DNA of 35,895 nucleotides from an uncultured delta proteobacterium. GTDB lineage: Bacteria; Desulfobacterota; Binatia; UBA9968. The notes under the pieces were generated by a model, which saw nothing but the letters and a program-made list of their open reading frames with translations, searched no databases and was not told the DNA's origin. The position numbers and the translations under genes are program-made. Below are positions 21,343 through 30,499 of the stretch, piece by piece (the first letter of the stretch is position 1; each line of letters opens with the position of its first letter). The stretch spans positions 1-35,895 of the forward strand of contig CAVSLC010000008.1 in the NCBI GenBank assembly GCA_963728565.1, read 5' to 3'.

Positions 21343-21756
21343 TTATGGATGCTGCTCGGCAGCGATTTGAAATTGCTGAACCAGAGTTGAGTACGGCTCG
21401 GGCAACGGAACCTTCGGCGCGTCGGCCCAGAGTCCGTCCAGGTCATAGAACTCGCGCACCGGCTGATAGAAAACATGAACGATCACGTCGGCGAAATCCA
21501 TTAACACCCAATGGCCTCGGCTTGTACCCTCGATCGAAATGACGCCAATCTCGGCTTCACGCGCGGCCTCTTGAATTCCCTGGGCAATGCTTTGGACCTG
21601 CCTGTCGGATCGGCCTGAACAAATAATGAAATAATCTGCGATCGAAGTGAAGTCTCGGACCTCCAACAGGACAAGTTGCGATGCCTTCTTATCCAATGCC
21701 GCGCCAACCAGCGTCAGAGCTCTTTCAATGGCGCTTTTCTCGGCCGGTTTGTTCAT
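21343..21756 (-). CDS. rsfS: Ribosome silencing factor (Iojap)
   Basis: DKKA, IADYFIICSGRSDRQV, WVLMDFADVIVHVF, REFYDLDGLW; follows nadD. Confidence 0.95.
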   Translation of the reverse strand: MNKPAEKSAIERALTLVGAALDKKASQLVLLEVRDFTSIADYFIICSGRSDRQVQSIAQGIQEAAREAEIGVISIEGTSRGHWVLMDFADVIVHVFYQPVREFYDLDGLWADAPKVPLPEPYSTLVQQFQIAAEQHP

Positions 21757-22406
21757 TTTTTTCTTTGGTAGAGCCCGTGATTTTTGATGTAAGCCTCGAC
21801 GCTGGAAGGCACCAGATAGCGGATCGATTTGCGGCGCCGTACCCGATCCCGAATATCCGATGCTGAAACGGCAAAGTCAGTGAGTTTTAAAAAATGCAGC
21901 GACGTACCACACCTATGAGTGTAGATCTTCCTCTTGAAATCATAACAAAACAGCCTGCGCACGGCAATGGAAGTTCCCCGTAGCGGACTGGCATAACCGT
22001 TGCCGGGTCGCGACGTTACAATGAAATTACAGAGAGGAAAAATCTGCGCGAAATTCTTCCAGGTGCCGATCTCGGCAAATGCATCCAGACCGATAATAAA
22101 ATAGAGCGAGGCACCCTTGCATTGATTTTCCGCGAAATGACGAATCGTGTCGATCGAGTACGAAACGCCCGGTCTTGCAATCTCGACGGTCGAAACCGTG
22201 AAGCGGGGATTTTTGGCCACGCCCAAACGGACCATCTCGAGCCGATCACGCGCTGGAGTCCGGGTTTGCCCTCTCTTGTGCGGTGGAATCGAAGCAGGAA
22301 TAAAATAGACGCGGTCGAGATCGAAGGCTTCTCTGACCTCCTCCGCGCTGCGCAGATGGCCCCAATGGATCGGATCGAAGGTGCCGCCGAAGAGGCCGAT
22401 CCTCAT
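21753..22406 (-). CDS. nadD: Nicotinate-nucleotide adenylyltransferase
   Basis: IGLFGGTFDPIHWGHL, PPHK, SYSIDT, FIIGLDAF, VSASDIR. Confidence 0.96.
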   Translation of the reverse strand: MRIGLFGGTFDPIHWGHLRSAEEVREAFDLDRVYFIPASIPPHKRGQTRTPARDRLEMVRLGVAKNPRFTVSTVEIARPGVSYSIDTIRHFAENQCKGASLYFIIGLDAFAEIGTWKNFAQIFPLCNFIVTSRPGNGYASPLRGTSIAVRRLFCYDFKRKIYTHRCGTSLHFLKLTDFAVSASDIRDRVRRRKSIRYLVPSSVEAYIKNHGLYQRKK

Positions 22407-22545
22407 GGAATTTTGCTATCGCCTTTCCCGGAACCGACCGACGAAAGGCTCTCTACAAACCGCGGAAGGATTTGGCAACCAAAGGCGTATCGGTGAGCGG
22501 CTTCCAGGATTCCATTTGGCGCCGAATTAGGCAAGTGGGTGATTT

Positions 22546-23826
22546 TCATTCGCGAATCTGCCCGTCGCCGAATACAATGAACTTGGTTGTTGTCAGTTCC
22601 TCTAAACCCATCGGACCGAACGCATGAATCTTGCTCGTACTGATGCCAATCTCAGCACCGAGTCCAAGCTCTCCGCCATCATTGAAACGCGTCGAAGCAT
22701 TGACCATCACGGCCGAAGAGTTGACCCGCTCGATAAACTCTTTAGATCTTCGATAATCCGTCGTAATAATGGATTCGGTGTGTTCCGAGCCGTACTGTTC
22801 GATATGAGCAATCGCCTGGTCGATGTCTTTGACCACTCGGACCGCAAGAATTAGATCGAGGTACTCAGTCGTCCAATCCTCCTCGTTAGCCTTTTTGATG
22901 CCGGGAACCAGCGCACAGGTTCTGTCACAGCCGCGAATCTCTACCCCCGCGTCCCGGTATTTGGCGATAAGAGGCGGCAGAAACTCTGACGCGATTGCTT
23001 CGTGCACCAGTAGGGTCTCCATGGCGTTACAAACTGACGGCCTTTGAATCTTGGCGTTCAGGCAAATCCGTTCGGCCATTTCGATCTCGGCATCGACATC
23101 AACATAGACGTGACAAACGCCTTTGTAATGTTTGATGACCGGCACCTTGGAGTTGGCCACAACCGCGCGAATCAGCTCCTCGCCACCACGCGGGATAATC
23201 AGATCGATGTAAGATTCCAATTGCAAAATCTCGTGAACCAACGCACGATCTGTCGATTGGACAATCTGGATCGCATGTTGCGGCACCGTCGTTTCGGCGC
23301 ATGCGGCTTGCAGCACCTTGCCAATTGCCTGGTTTGAATGGTGCGCCTCGCTGCCACCTCTCAGGATTACCGCGTTGCCAGACTTCAAACACAGCGCCGC
23401 TGCGTCGGCGGTTACGTTGGGGCGGGCCTCGTAGATGATCCCGATGACGCCCAAAGGAATGCGCATCTTTCCGACTTGCAAGCCGTTGGGGCGACGCGAC
23501 ATCTTAACTATTTCGCGCACCGGATCCGGCAACGCCGCAATTTCGCGCAAACCTTTGGCCATCGATTGTACGCGGCTCGAAGTCAGCGCAATTCGATCCA
23601 GAACCGCGCCGGAGATCCCTGCTTTCTTTGCAGCATTTAGATCATTCTGATTCTCATCAATTAAAAATGCGCTTTGAGCCTCGAGCCGGTCGGCCATGAG
23701 TTGCAGGGCCTGATTTTTATCCTCGGAAGAAAGCAGCGCGAGGCGGCGCGCCGCAGCCTTGGCTTGCTTGCCCAGCTGAATCGCTTGTTCGGTGAATGGT
23801 GCGTTCGCCAATTTGTCTAGGTTCAC
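22546..23826 (-). CDS. proA: Glutamate-5-semialdehyde dehydrogenase
   Basis: GVIGIIYEARPNVT, RPSVCNAMETLL, NASTRFNDG, GAEIGIST. Confidence 0.97.
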   Translation of the reverse strand: MNLDKLANAPFTEQAIQLGKQAKAAARRLALLSSEDKNQALQLMADRLEAQSAFLIDENQNDLNAAKKAGISGAVLDRIALTSSRVQSMAKGLREIAALPDPVREIVKMSRRPNGLQVGKMRIPLGVIGIIYEARPNVTADAAALCLKSGNAVILRGGSEAHHSNQAIGKVLQAACAETTVPQHAIQIVQSTDRALVHEILQLESYIDLIIPRGGEELIRAVVANSKVPVIKHYKGVCHVYVDVDAEIEMAERICLNAKIQRPSVCNAMETLLVHEAIASEFLPPLIAKYRDAGVEIRGCDRTCALVPGIKKANEEDWTTEYLDLILAVRVVKDIDQAIAHIEQYGSEHTESIITTDYRRSKEFIERVNSSAVMVNASTRFNDGGELGLGAEIGISTSKIHAFGPMGLEELTTTKFIVFGDGQIRE

Positions 23827-24959
23827 AGCAACACCAAATCGTCGCGGTGGATAATCTCGTCGAATGGCTTGTAGCCAAGAGCTTGTTCAATCCTGCTTGT
23901 ATGCAATCCTTTGATTTGATTCAACTCCAGCGCGCTGTAGTTGATCAAACCGCGGGCAAACTCCCGCCCATCCACATCCAAGCAGCGTACGCACTCACCG
24001 ACCCCAAAAGAGCCGCGCACCTCTCTAACTCCGGAAGGCAGCAGACTGGTTTTCTTTCGCACCAGAGCTTCGTGAGCTCCAGAATCCACGACCACCTCAC
24101 CTGCGGGCTTTAGGTTGAAAGCGATCCAGTGTTTGCGATTGGTCAACCGGTTGCTATCCGGAAGTATTAGGGTTCCGACTTCCTCATTGCGATCGAACAC
24201 GCGCGGAATCGTACCCGCCATCAGCCCGCTGGTTATCACCGTGGGGATGCCGGCCGCAGCTGCTTCTTCGGCGGCGGCGATTTTGGTCGCCATGCCGCCG
24301 GTACCAAAGGCACTTCGGCTAGAGCCGATCACTTTTAATCTAGTTTCTTTGATGTCTTGAATCAGCGGAACGATAACCGCATTAGGGTCTAGCCGCGGAT
24401 CGCGGTCGTAGACGCCGGCGACATCGCTTAAAATCAGCAACAGATCGGCTTCCAGCAGAGTCGCCACCAGCGCCGAGAGATGGTCATTGTCGCCAAACTT
24501 CATTTCCTCGATGGCAACGGTATCGTTTTCATTGACGATCGAGATGATTGACGATGCGAGCAACATCTGAAACGTATGTTTGGCGTTAAGATAACGTTGG
24601 CGGTTGGCGAGATCTTCGTGGGTGAGCAGAACCTGGGCGACGTTCTTGCTGAACTTGGCAAAGGCGCGCTCGTATAGCGCCATCAATCTGATCTGGCCGA
24701 CAGCGGCAAGCGCCTGTTTCTCGGGAATGCTCTGCGGCCGCTCTCTACGACCGAGTCGAGTCATGCCGGCTGCCACCGCGCCGGAACTGACCACGACGAT
24801 TTCTTTGCCTTGATCGTGCAGCGCCGCGAGCTCAAATACCAGGGCCTCAAGCCGGCCTTCCTCTATGCCGGTTGAGGAAGAAAGGATCTGGCTGCCGATC
24901 TTGATCACAACCCGGCGCGCCCGGCGCAAAATTGATTTCTTATGATCCCGCTGCGTCAC
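23823..24959 (-). CDS. proB: Glutamate 5-kinase with PUA domain
   Basis: VVIKIGS, VSSGAV, NENDTV, FGDND, GTGGMATK. Start moved to GTG 24959 (20-nt overlap with obg); exact start uncertain. Confidence 0.95.
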   Translation of the reverse strand: MTQRDHKKSILRRARRVVIKIGSQILSSSTGIEEGRLEALVFELAALHDQGKEIVVVSSGAVAAGMTRLGRRERPQSIPEKQALAAVGQIRLMALYERAFAKFSKNVAQVLLTHEDLANRQRYLNAKHTFQMLLASSIISIVNENDTVAIEEMKFGDNDHLSALVATLLEADLLLILSDVAGVYDRDPRLDPNAVIVPLIQDIKETRLKVIGSSRSAFGTGGMATKIAAAEEAAAAGIPTVITSGLMAGTIPRVFDRNEEVGTLILPDSNRLTNRKHWIAFNLKPAGEVVVDSGAHEALVRKKTSLLPSGVREVRGSFGVGECVRCLDVDGREFARGLINYSALELNQIKGLHTSRIEQALGYKPFDEIIHRDDLVLL

Positions 24960-25983
24960 CGGCTTCTTCTTCCTTAACGCGTTTGGCTCGCTCCAGCTGC
25001 ATGCCAACCTTTTGCACCAGCGTCCGAACCCCCTCACCAGTCACCGCGGAGATCAAGTGCAGTGGCCGATAAGAGTCCGGCAAGTTTTTCTCGAGAGCCA
25101 TTGCGTTCTCCCGTGCCTCGGGAATATCTATCTTGTTTGCAACGACGATTTGCGGCTTTGTGCCCAACTCCTCATCGAAAAGCGCCAATTCCCGATTGAT
25201 GGTGGACCAGTCGGCCAGCGAATCCTTCGGATCGATCCTCGAAGCATCGAGCAGATGAATGAGCACACTCGTGCGTGTTACATGCCTCAAAAATTTGTCT
25301 CCCAAGCCATGTCCCTGATGCGCGCCTTCAATCAACCCTGGAATATCGGCCACTACGAAGCTTTTTCCCTCGTCGTAGCTGACTACTCCAAGATTAGGGA
25401 CCAGGGTCGTAAACGGGTAGTCCGCAATTTTCGGCCGCACTGCGGAAATAACCGAGATCAAAGTCGACTTACCGGCGTTGGGGACGCCGATAATTGCAAC
25501 GTCGGCCAAGAGACGCAATTCAATTTCCAACTCGCGATCTTCACCAGGTTCACCCGGCTGAGCAAACCTCGGGCTACGGTTGGTCGATGAAACGAAGTGC
25601 GCATTGCCTTTGCCGCCTCGCCCGCCGGCGGCGAGCACAACACGGTCGCCGGCCTTATCCAGGTCGCCGATGGTCTCGCCGGTCCTGGCATCGCGAACGA
25701 TTGTTCCCACCGGAACTCTAACAATGAAGTCCTCGCCGCGACGCCCATGACAATCGCTTCCCATCCCGTGCTGGCCGCGACCGGCCTTGCACTCTTTGTG
25801 ATAGCGGAGATCCAGCAAGGTTGTGAGCTGTGGATCCGCAACCGCGATAACATCGCCACCGGCTCCGCCATTGCCACCGTCGGGTCCGCCGCGGCTGATG
25901 AACTTCTCGCGATGAAAGCTGACGCAACCGCGTCCACCATCGCCGCCAATGACCCGTATCTTTGTCTCATCGATGAATTTCAT
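24940..25983 (-). CDS. obgE: GTPase Obg/CgtA
   Basis: MKFIDE, GGPDGGNGG, GVPNAGKST, YPFTT, DIPG, NKID. Confidence 0.97.
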   Translation of the reverse strand: MKFIDETKIRVIGGDGGRGCVSFHREKFISRGGPDGGNGGAGGDVIAVADPQLTTLLDLRYHKECKAGRGQHGMGSDCHGRRGEDFIVRVPVGTIVRDARTGETIGDLDKAGDRVVLAAGGRGGKGNAHFVSSTNRSPRFAQPGEPGEDRELEIELRLLADVAIIGVPNAGKSTLISVISAVRPKIADYPFTTLVPNLGVVSYDEGKSFVVADIPGLIEGAHQGHGLGDKFLRHVTRTSVLIHLLDASRIDPKDSLADWSTINRELALFDEELGTKPQIVVANKIDIPEARENAMALEKNLPDSYRPLHLISAVTGEGVRTLVQKVGMQLERAKRVKEEEAGDAAGS

Positions 25984-26120
25984 GACCTGAATATATACGT
26001 GAACTGCAAGCGCCGACCAGGCGCGGCATAGAGGATCGAATAGGTAGATTACTGGATCACGTATGTTTTTCGAATACTTTACCCATTCTCAAGGCGCTGC
26101 GCCACGCTGATTGTATCGGC

Positions 26121-26146
26121 AAAAAAAAAGCCCCTTTCGGGGCTTT
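26121..26146 (-). terminator. Rho-independent terminator after rpmA
   Basis: Minus strand AAAGCCCC-GAAA-GGGGC followed by T9. Confidence 0.85.
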
Positions 26147-26167
26147 AGAGTCAAGGCACGCAAATGC

Positions 26168-26425
26168 CTACTGAACAGGCAGCACGTTTACACGCTTGCG
26201 CGACCGATCCAGCCGGTCGAAATTCACCACGCCGTCGATTAATGCAAAGAGAGTGAAGTCACGACCCATGCCCACGTTTCGGCCGGGGTGAATACGCGTC
26301 CCGAGTTGGCGGATGATAATATTACCTGCACGCACAGTTTCACCGCCAAATACTTTTACGCCGCGCCGCTGTCCCTTACTGTCGCGCCCGTTACGGGAGC
26401 TCCCTCCAGCTTTTTTGTGTGCCAT
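26168..26425 (-). CDS. rpmA: 50S ribosomal protein L27
   Basis: [16 protein letters not shown]...RQLGT...GRDFTLFA. Confidence 0.98.
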   Translation of the reverse strand: MAHKKAGGSSRNGRDSKGQRRGVKVFGGETVRAGNIIIRQLGTRIHPGRNVGMGRDFTLFALIDGVVNFDRLDRSRKRVNVLPVQ

Positions 26426-26440
26426 ATCCGTTCCTATTTT

Positions 26441-26755
26441 CTAACCATCAATTCCGGTGATCTTGAGAGTAGTCTGATGTTGCCGATGACCTCGTTGACG
26501 ACTATAGCTCTTGCGTCTTTTCTTCTTAAACACCAGCACCTTCTTCGCTTTGGCCTGGCTGACAATTTCGCCGGTTACAGAGGCGTTCTCCACCAATGGC
26601 GAGCCGATTTTCGCTTCGCCATTGCCGCCGATGAACAAAACCTCAGCCAGGGTTATCTTTTCCCCGACCTCGCCGGTAAGCTTCTCGATCTTTACGAGAT
26701 CCCCTTCAGAGACCCGGTACTGCTTCCCGCCCGTTTTAATTACTGCATATTTCAT
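26441..26755 (-). CDS. rplU: 50S ribosomal protein L21
   Basis: [16 protein letters not shown]...GHRQ. Confidence 0.98.
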   Translation of the reverse strand: MKYAVIKTGGKQYRVSEGDLVKIEKLTGEVGEKITLAEVLFIGGNGEAKIGSPLVENASVTGEIVSQAKAKKVLVFKKKRRKSYSRQRGHRQHQTTLKITGIDG

Positions 26756-26773
26756 GGTTTTTCCCGAATCGTT

Positions 26774-26802
26774 TTTCTAACGGAGATTCCGGTCAAAGTC
26801 AA
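26774..26802 (-). promoter_or_regulatory. Putative sigma70 promoter of rplU-rpmA
   Basis: Minus strand TTGACT-N17-TAGAAA. Confidence 0.4.
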
Positions 26803-26871
26803 CAATATCGGGCCACGAAGACACTTCCTAGCTCCTTGAGACAACGAGTGCCAAAATATTTTAAGACGTAG

Positions 26872-26931
26872 TTGACAAAGGCTCGACAATTGATATACAT
26901 CGCAATACGATAATATCGTGGTACGATATTA
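26872..26931 (+). promoter_or_regulatory. Promoter with tandem palindromic operators upstream of the MarR gene
   Basis: TTGACA at 26872-26877, TATACA at 26894-26899; ATCG-caata-CGAT (26899-26911) and perfect TAATATCGT-ggt-ACGATATTA (26911-26931). Confidence 0.65.
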
Positions 26932-26949
26932 TTTGATGATGGTGACCCG

Positions 26950-27429
26950 GTGCCCGACTTCAAAGCAATGGCGGAACTACGTTACCAAATACGTAAGTTC
27001 CTAAGGTTTAGCGAAAATGCCGCGCGGCAAGCGGGCATAGAGCCGCAGCAACACCAGTTGCTCTTGGCTATTAGGGGATTACCCGACGGTACAAGTCCGA
27101 CAATCGGAGTGCTAGCCGAAAGAATGCAGCTGCAGCACCATAGCACGGTCGAGCTCGTCGACCGGCTGGTAGACCGAAACTTCTTGTGTCGATTGCGCTC
27201 GACCAACGACCGGCGCCAGGTGTTGGTCAAGCTAACCCATGATGGAGAAGAGTTTCTGGAGAAGCTTTCGCTGCATCACTTGGAAGAACTTCAGTCAGCC
27301 GGACCAACCTTCGTGAAGGTCCTCAACAGCCTGATCGGCGCCAGCCACACTGACAAACCCGACTCCGCTTCTGAAGTAGTCAAGGAAACCGTGACCCATA
27401 AACCACGAAAGGATAGAAACCATGGCTGA
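26950..27429 (+). CDS. MarR-family transcriptional regulator
   Basis: AELRYQIRKFLRFSE..., PQQHQLLLAI, HHSTVELVDRL, DRRQVLVKLT..G wing. Confidence 0.9.
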   Translation: MPDFKAMAELRYQIRKFLRFSENAARQAGIEPQQHQLLLAIRGLPDGTSPTIGVLAERMQLQHHSTVELVDRLVDRNFLCRLRSTNDRRQVLVKLTHDGEEFLEKLSLHHLEELQSAGPTFVKVLNSLIGASHTDKPDSASEVVKETVTHKPRKDRNHG

Positions 27430-28270
27430 TCAATCGGCTGAAGAACTATTACTTGACGTAAGGGTTGCCGAAGCGTCGAAACTCTACAAGTTCTATTTAA
27501 ATAACGAGCAAAAAATCCTTGGCACGGCAGGTGTGGTGACCTTCTTAGTGGCCTGGGAACTCGTTGGAAATGTTTTTCAATTGATCAATCCCATGTTCAT
27601 GAGCGCGCCTTCGCTGATCTTCAAGGCTGCTATCGACATGTTTTCCTCTGGCGAGATATACAACGATCTCTATGTCAGCGGTATCGAGCTCTTCTGGGGA
27701 TATCTTCTCTCGGCTCTGGTCGCCGTCCCATTTGGTATCATGGTCGGCTGGTATAAGAGGGCGAGCTACATCTTCGACCCTTTCATCAACGCCATGAACG
27801 CGACGCCCCGCGTGGCGCTCTTGCCTCTGGTGATTATCTGGTTAGGCATCGGCATACTTTCGAAGGTCGGCATCATCTTTCTCGGCGCCGTTTTCCCGAT
27901 CTTGATAAACACCCGCGATGGAGTCAAAACCACGCCGTATAACCTTCTCACCGCGGCGCGGAGCTTTGGCGCATCGGAGTGGCTGCTCTTTAAAACCGTG
28001 GTGCTGCCTTCGACAATCCCTTTTATACTTACCGGCATGCGACTTGGGCTGGGTCGGGCCATCGTCGGGGTCATGGTCGGGGAGCTTTACGCGGCTACCG
28101 CAGGCATTGGTTTCATGATTACCGTAGCCGGCGCTACTTTCCAGACCGATAAGGTCTTTGTCGGTGTTCTAATCTTCGCTTTGACCGGTATGATCGGTAT
28201 GGAGGTACTTACCCGGATTGAGCGGCGCTTCGACAAGTGGCGCCCCAAAGTGGGTGCGCAGGAGATCTAG
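27422..28270 (+). CDS. ABC transporter permease, NitT/TauT/SsuC family
   Basis: PRVALLPLVIIWLGIG, EAA-like loop AARSFGAS, GELYAATAGIG; 8-nt overlap with the MarR gene. Confidence 0.92.
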   Translation: MADQSAEELLLDVRVAEASKLYKFYLNNEQKILGTAGVVTFLVAWELVGNVFQLINPMFMSAPSLIFKAAIDMFSSGEIYNDLYVSGIELFWGYLLSALVAVPFGIMVGWYKRASYIFDPFINAMNATPRVALLPLVIIWLGIGILSKVGIIFLGAVFPILINTRDGVKTTPYNLLTAARSFGASEWLLFKTVVLPSTIPFILTGMRLGLGRAIVGVMVGELYAATAGIGFMITVAGATFQTDKVFVGVLIFALTGMIGMEVLTRIERRFDKWRPKVGAQEI

Positions 28271-28303
28271 ATCGAACCTCTAGGTAGCTTGTTCGCGCAC
28301 TTT

Positions 28304-28335
28304 AAAGGGCCCCTCTGACGAGGGGCCCTTTTTTT
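28304..28335 (+). terminator. Rho-independent terminator
   Basis: AAAGGGCCCCTC-TGAC-GAGGGGCCC followed by T7. Confidence 0.9.
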
Positions 28336-28428
28336 ACATTCTTTTACTCCGGTCCGCCAGCCTCTTGATGCCCCTCCTGCCGTTTGCCATTGTGAAATCT
28401 GGATTTCTGACTCACGAAAGGACCTCAA

Positions 28429-29025
28429 ATGCGCATTCATACACCAGGCTGGTACTTTCTTCGCCCGTATATGGTCGTTCTAATACTCACCGCGAGCGGG
28501 TGCGGTTATAACACTCTCCAGAGCCTGGATGAGGAAGTGAAAGGCGCCTGGGGAGAAGTTCAGAATCAGTACCAGCGTCGTGCCGATCTCGTTCCTAACT
28601 TGGTCGCGACGGTTAAAGGAGCGGCGAAGTTTGAACAGGAAACCCTGACACAGGTGATCGAAGCCCGCAGTAACGCAACGGCAACCAAGATCGATCCCGA
28701 ATCGCTCAACAATCCTGAAGCATTTAAAAAGTTTGAGCAGGCGCAAAGCCAGCTCTCCAGCGCTTTATCCCGTTTGCTGGTGGTGGTGGAACGATATCCG
28801 GAGCTGAAGGCGAATCAAAATTTCCAAAACTTGCAAGCACAGCTGGAAGGCACCGAAAACCGGATTGCAGTAGCTCGCAAGCGCTATGTCGAACGAGTGG
28901 CTCAGTACAACACTACTGTGCGCTCATTTCCAACTAATCTCACGGCAAAGTTTTTGGGGTTAGCAGTTCGGCCATCGTTCAGCGCCGATGAAGCCGCGCA
29001 GAAGCCGCCACAGGTAAAATTCTAG
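28429..29025 (+). CDS. lemA: LemA family protein (lipobox-like ASGC)
   Basis: GCGYN, QYQRRADLVPNLV, VERYPELKAN, LEGTENRIAVAR. Confidence 0.95.
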   Translation: MRIHTPGWYFLRPYMVVLILTASGCGYNTLQSLDEEVKGAWGEVQNQYQRRADLVPNLVATVKGAAKFEQETLTQVIEARSNATATKIDPESLNNPEAFKKFEQAQSQLSSALSRLLVVVERYPELKANQNFQNLQAQLEGTENRIAVARKRYVERVAQYNTTVRSFPTNLTAKFLGLAVRPSFSADEAAQKPPQVKF

Positions 29026-29046
29026 GCCGTTAGGGCGATCAATACC

Positions 29047-29864
29047 TTGCGCGATTCTCGTCACGCCCGGCTTGCGCTGCGCCGTCATTTATCGGTGCAG
29101 CATGGTCTTGCTTTTTGCCTCTTCCTGCTTTGCCTGCTGTCGGGTCCGGCTTATCCTCTGGATGTGCCGCCGCTGCGCGGGCGCGTGAACGATTACGCCA
29201 AAGTTATTACACCGGATCAAACTCGCAAGTTGGAGGATCAACTTGCGCAATTTGACCGGGACACGGGTCACCAGGTGGCGATTTTAACAGTGCCCTCGTT
29301 AGAGGGTGACTCGCTCGAGGACTTCAGTATCCGCGTTGCCGAGAGTTGGAAAATCGGCAAGAAAGGCTTCGACAACGGTGTCATTCTGATAGTCGTGCCG
29401 AAGGATCGGCGTTTGCGCCTCGAGGTCGGATACGGCCTGGAAGGCATTTTGCCCGATGCCGTAGCGAACCAAATCATCAGTCAGTACATCATTCCACGTT
29501 TCCGCGCTGGTGATTTCTCGAGCGGCATCGTCGCAGGTATCGACGCTGTGTTGAGAGTGATCAAGAGGGAACCGCTTCCGGAAACCGCCCGCCAGAAACC
29601 CGCCACCCGTCGGGATCAGGGTTCGGTTCACTCACTGGCCTGGTACTGCTCTTGGGGCTTTTAGCCGTCATGTCGATCTCCTCTAATTCAAACCGCCGAA
29701 GAAAAGGCATATGGGCGACCCGCGGCAGGCACTCTCCGCCGATTTTCTGGGGTGGTGGTGGTTTCGGTGGGGGTGGATTCGGCGGCGGAGGAGGTTTTGG
29801 TGGCGGCGGTTTCAGTGGCGGCGGCGGCGGCTTTGGCGGTGGCGGAGCTTCCGGTAGCTGGTGA
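29047..29864 (+). pseudogene. TPM-domain (YgcG-like) membrane protein split by one frameshift; pseudogene or sequencing error
   Basis: TPM motifs GRVNDYA, WKIGKKGFDNGV, RLEVGYGLEG in 29047-29664. The TM helix GLVLLLGLLAV and the Gly-rich tail ending GGGASGSW are in another frame; one missing base at about 29590-29630 restores the gene. Confidence 0.8.
29749..29860 (+). repeat. Low-complexity GGN repeats encoding the GGGF-rich tail of the TPM protein
   Basis: Translates as GGGGFGGGGFGGGGGFGGGGFSGGGGGFGGGGASGSW. Confidence 0.8.
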
Positions 29865-29867
29865 CGG

Positions 29868-30494
29868 ATGCGCCCAGAGAAATTTCTTACTGAAGCGGAG
29901 CAAGAACGTATTCACCAGGCGGTGATCGCGGCGGAGTCCAAGACTTCCGGCGAGATTGTGCCGATGATTGTGACGTCCAGCGCGCGTTACACCGAAATCG
30001 AACTATCTGGCGTAGTCACCGGGCTTTTTCTTGGGATGCTTTTAGGCTGGCTCTGGCATGATCCATGGGGATCCAATGGTCTCAATTTGTGGCCGGTAGT
30101 CGGCGCCACTGTCGGCTTTTTGATCGCCCGCATTCCTGCAGTCAAGCGCCGGCTAGCCTCGAGGAGTCGCGTCGAGGAAGCTGTAAACGATCGTTGTATG
30201 GCTGCATTCACCGAGCATGGCCTCCATTACACACGCGACCATACCGGCATTTTCATCCTGGTGTCGTTATTGGAGCATCGGGTCGAAGTTCTGGCCGACC
30301 GCGGAATCAACGAAAAAGTTCCGCCCGGGACTTGGAATGAGATCGTCGAGCTTCTCACCGCGGGTTTGAAGTCACGACACGCCGGCGACGCTTTCTGCAA
30401 AGCAGTGGAGCGGTGCGGCGACATCCTAGCAACTCACTTTCCGCGCCAGGCGGACGACCGCGACGAACTTCCCAATAAACTGGTTAGAGATTGA
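29868..30494 (+). CDS. TPM-domain membrane protein (lemA operon partner)
   Basis: AESKTSGEIV, TRDHTGIFILVS..EHRVEVLADRGI, DELPN. Confidence 0.9.
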   Translation: MRPEKFLTEAEQERIHQAVIAAESKTSGEIVPMIVTSSARYTEIELSGVVTGLFLGMLLGWLWHDPWGSNGLNLWPVVGATVGFLIARIPAVKRRLASRSRVEEAVNDRCMAAFTEHGLHYTRDHTGIFILVSLLEHRVEVLADRGINEKVPPGTWNEIVELLTAGLKSRHAGDAFCKAVERCGDILATHFPRQADDRDELPNKLVRD

Positions 30495-30499
30495 GGATC

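Noticed and set aside
18032-26907. Shared 9-mer ATCGCAATA in the ArsR-MTase and MarR promoters
   Set aside because: It sits in palindromes of different symmetry, each next to its own regulator; likely coincidence.
29749-29860. Tandem repeat or CRISPR-like array
   Set aside because: Coding Gly-rich tail typical of TPM proteins; no repeat-spacer structure and no cas genes.
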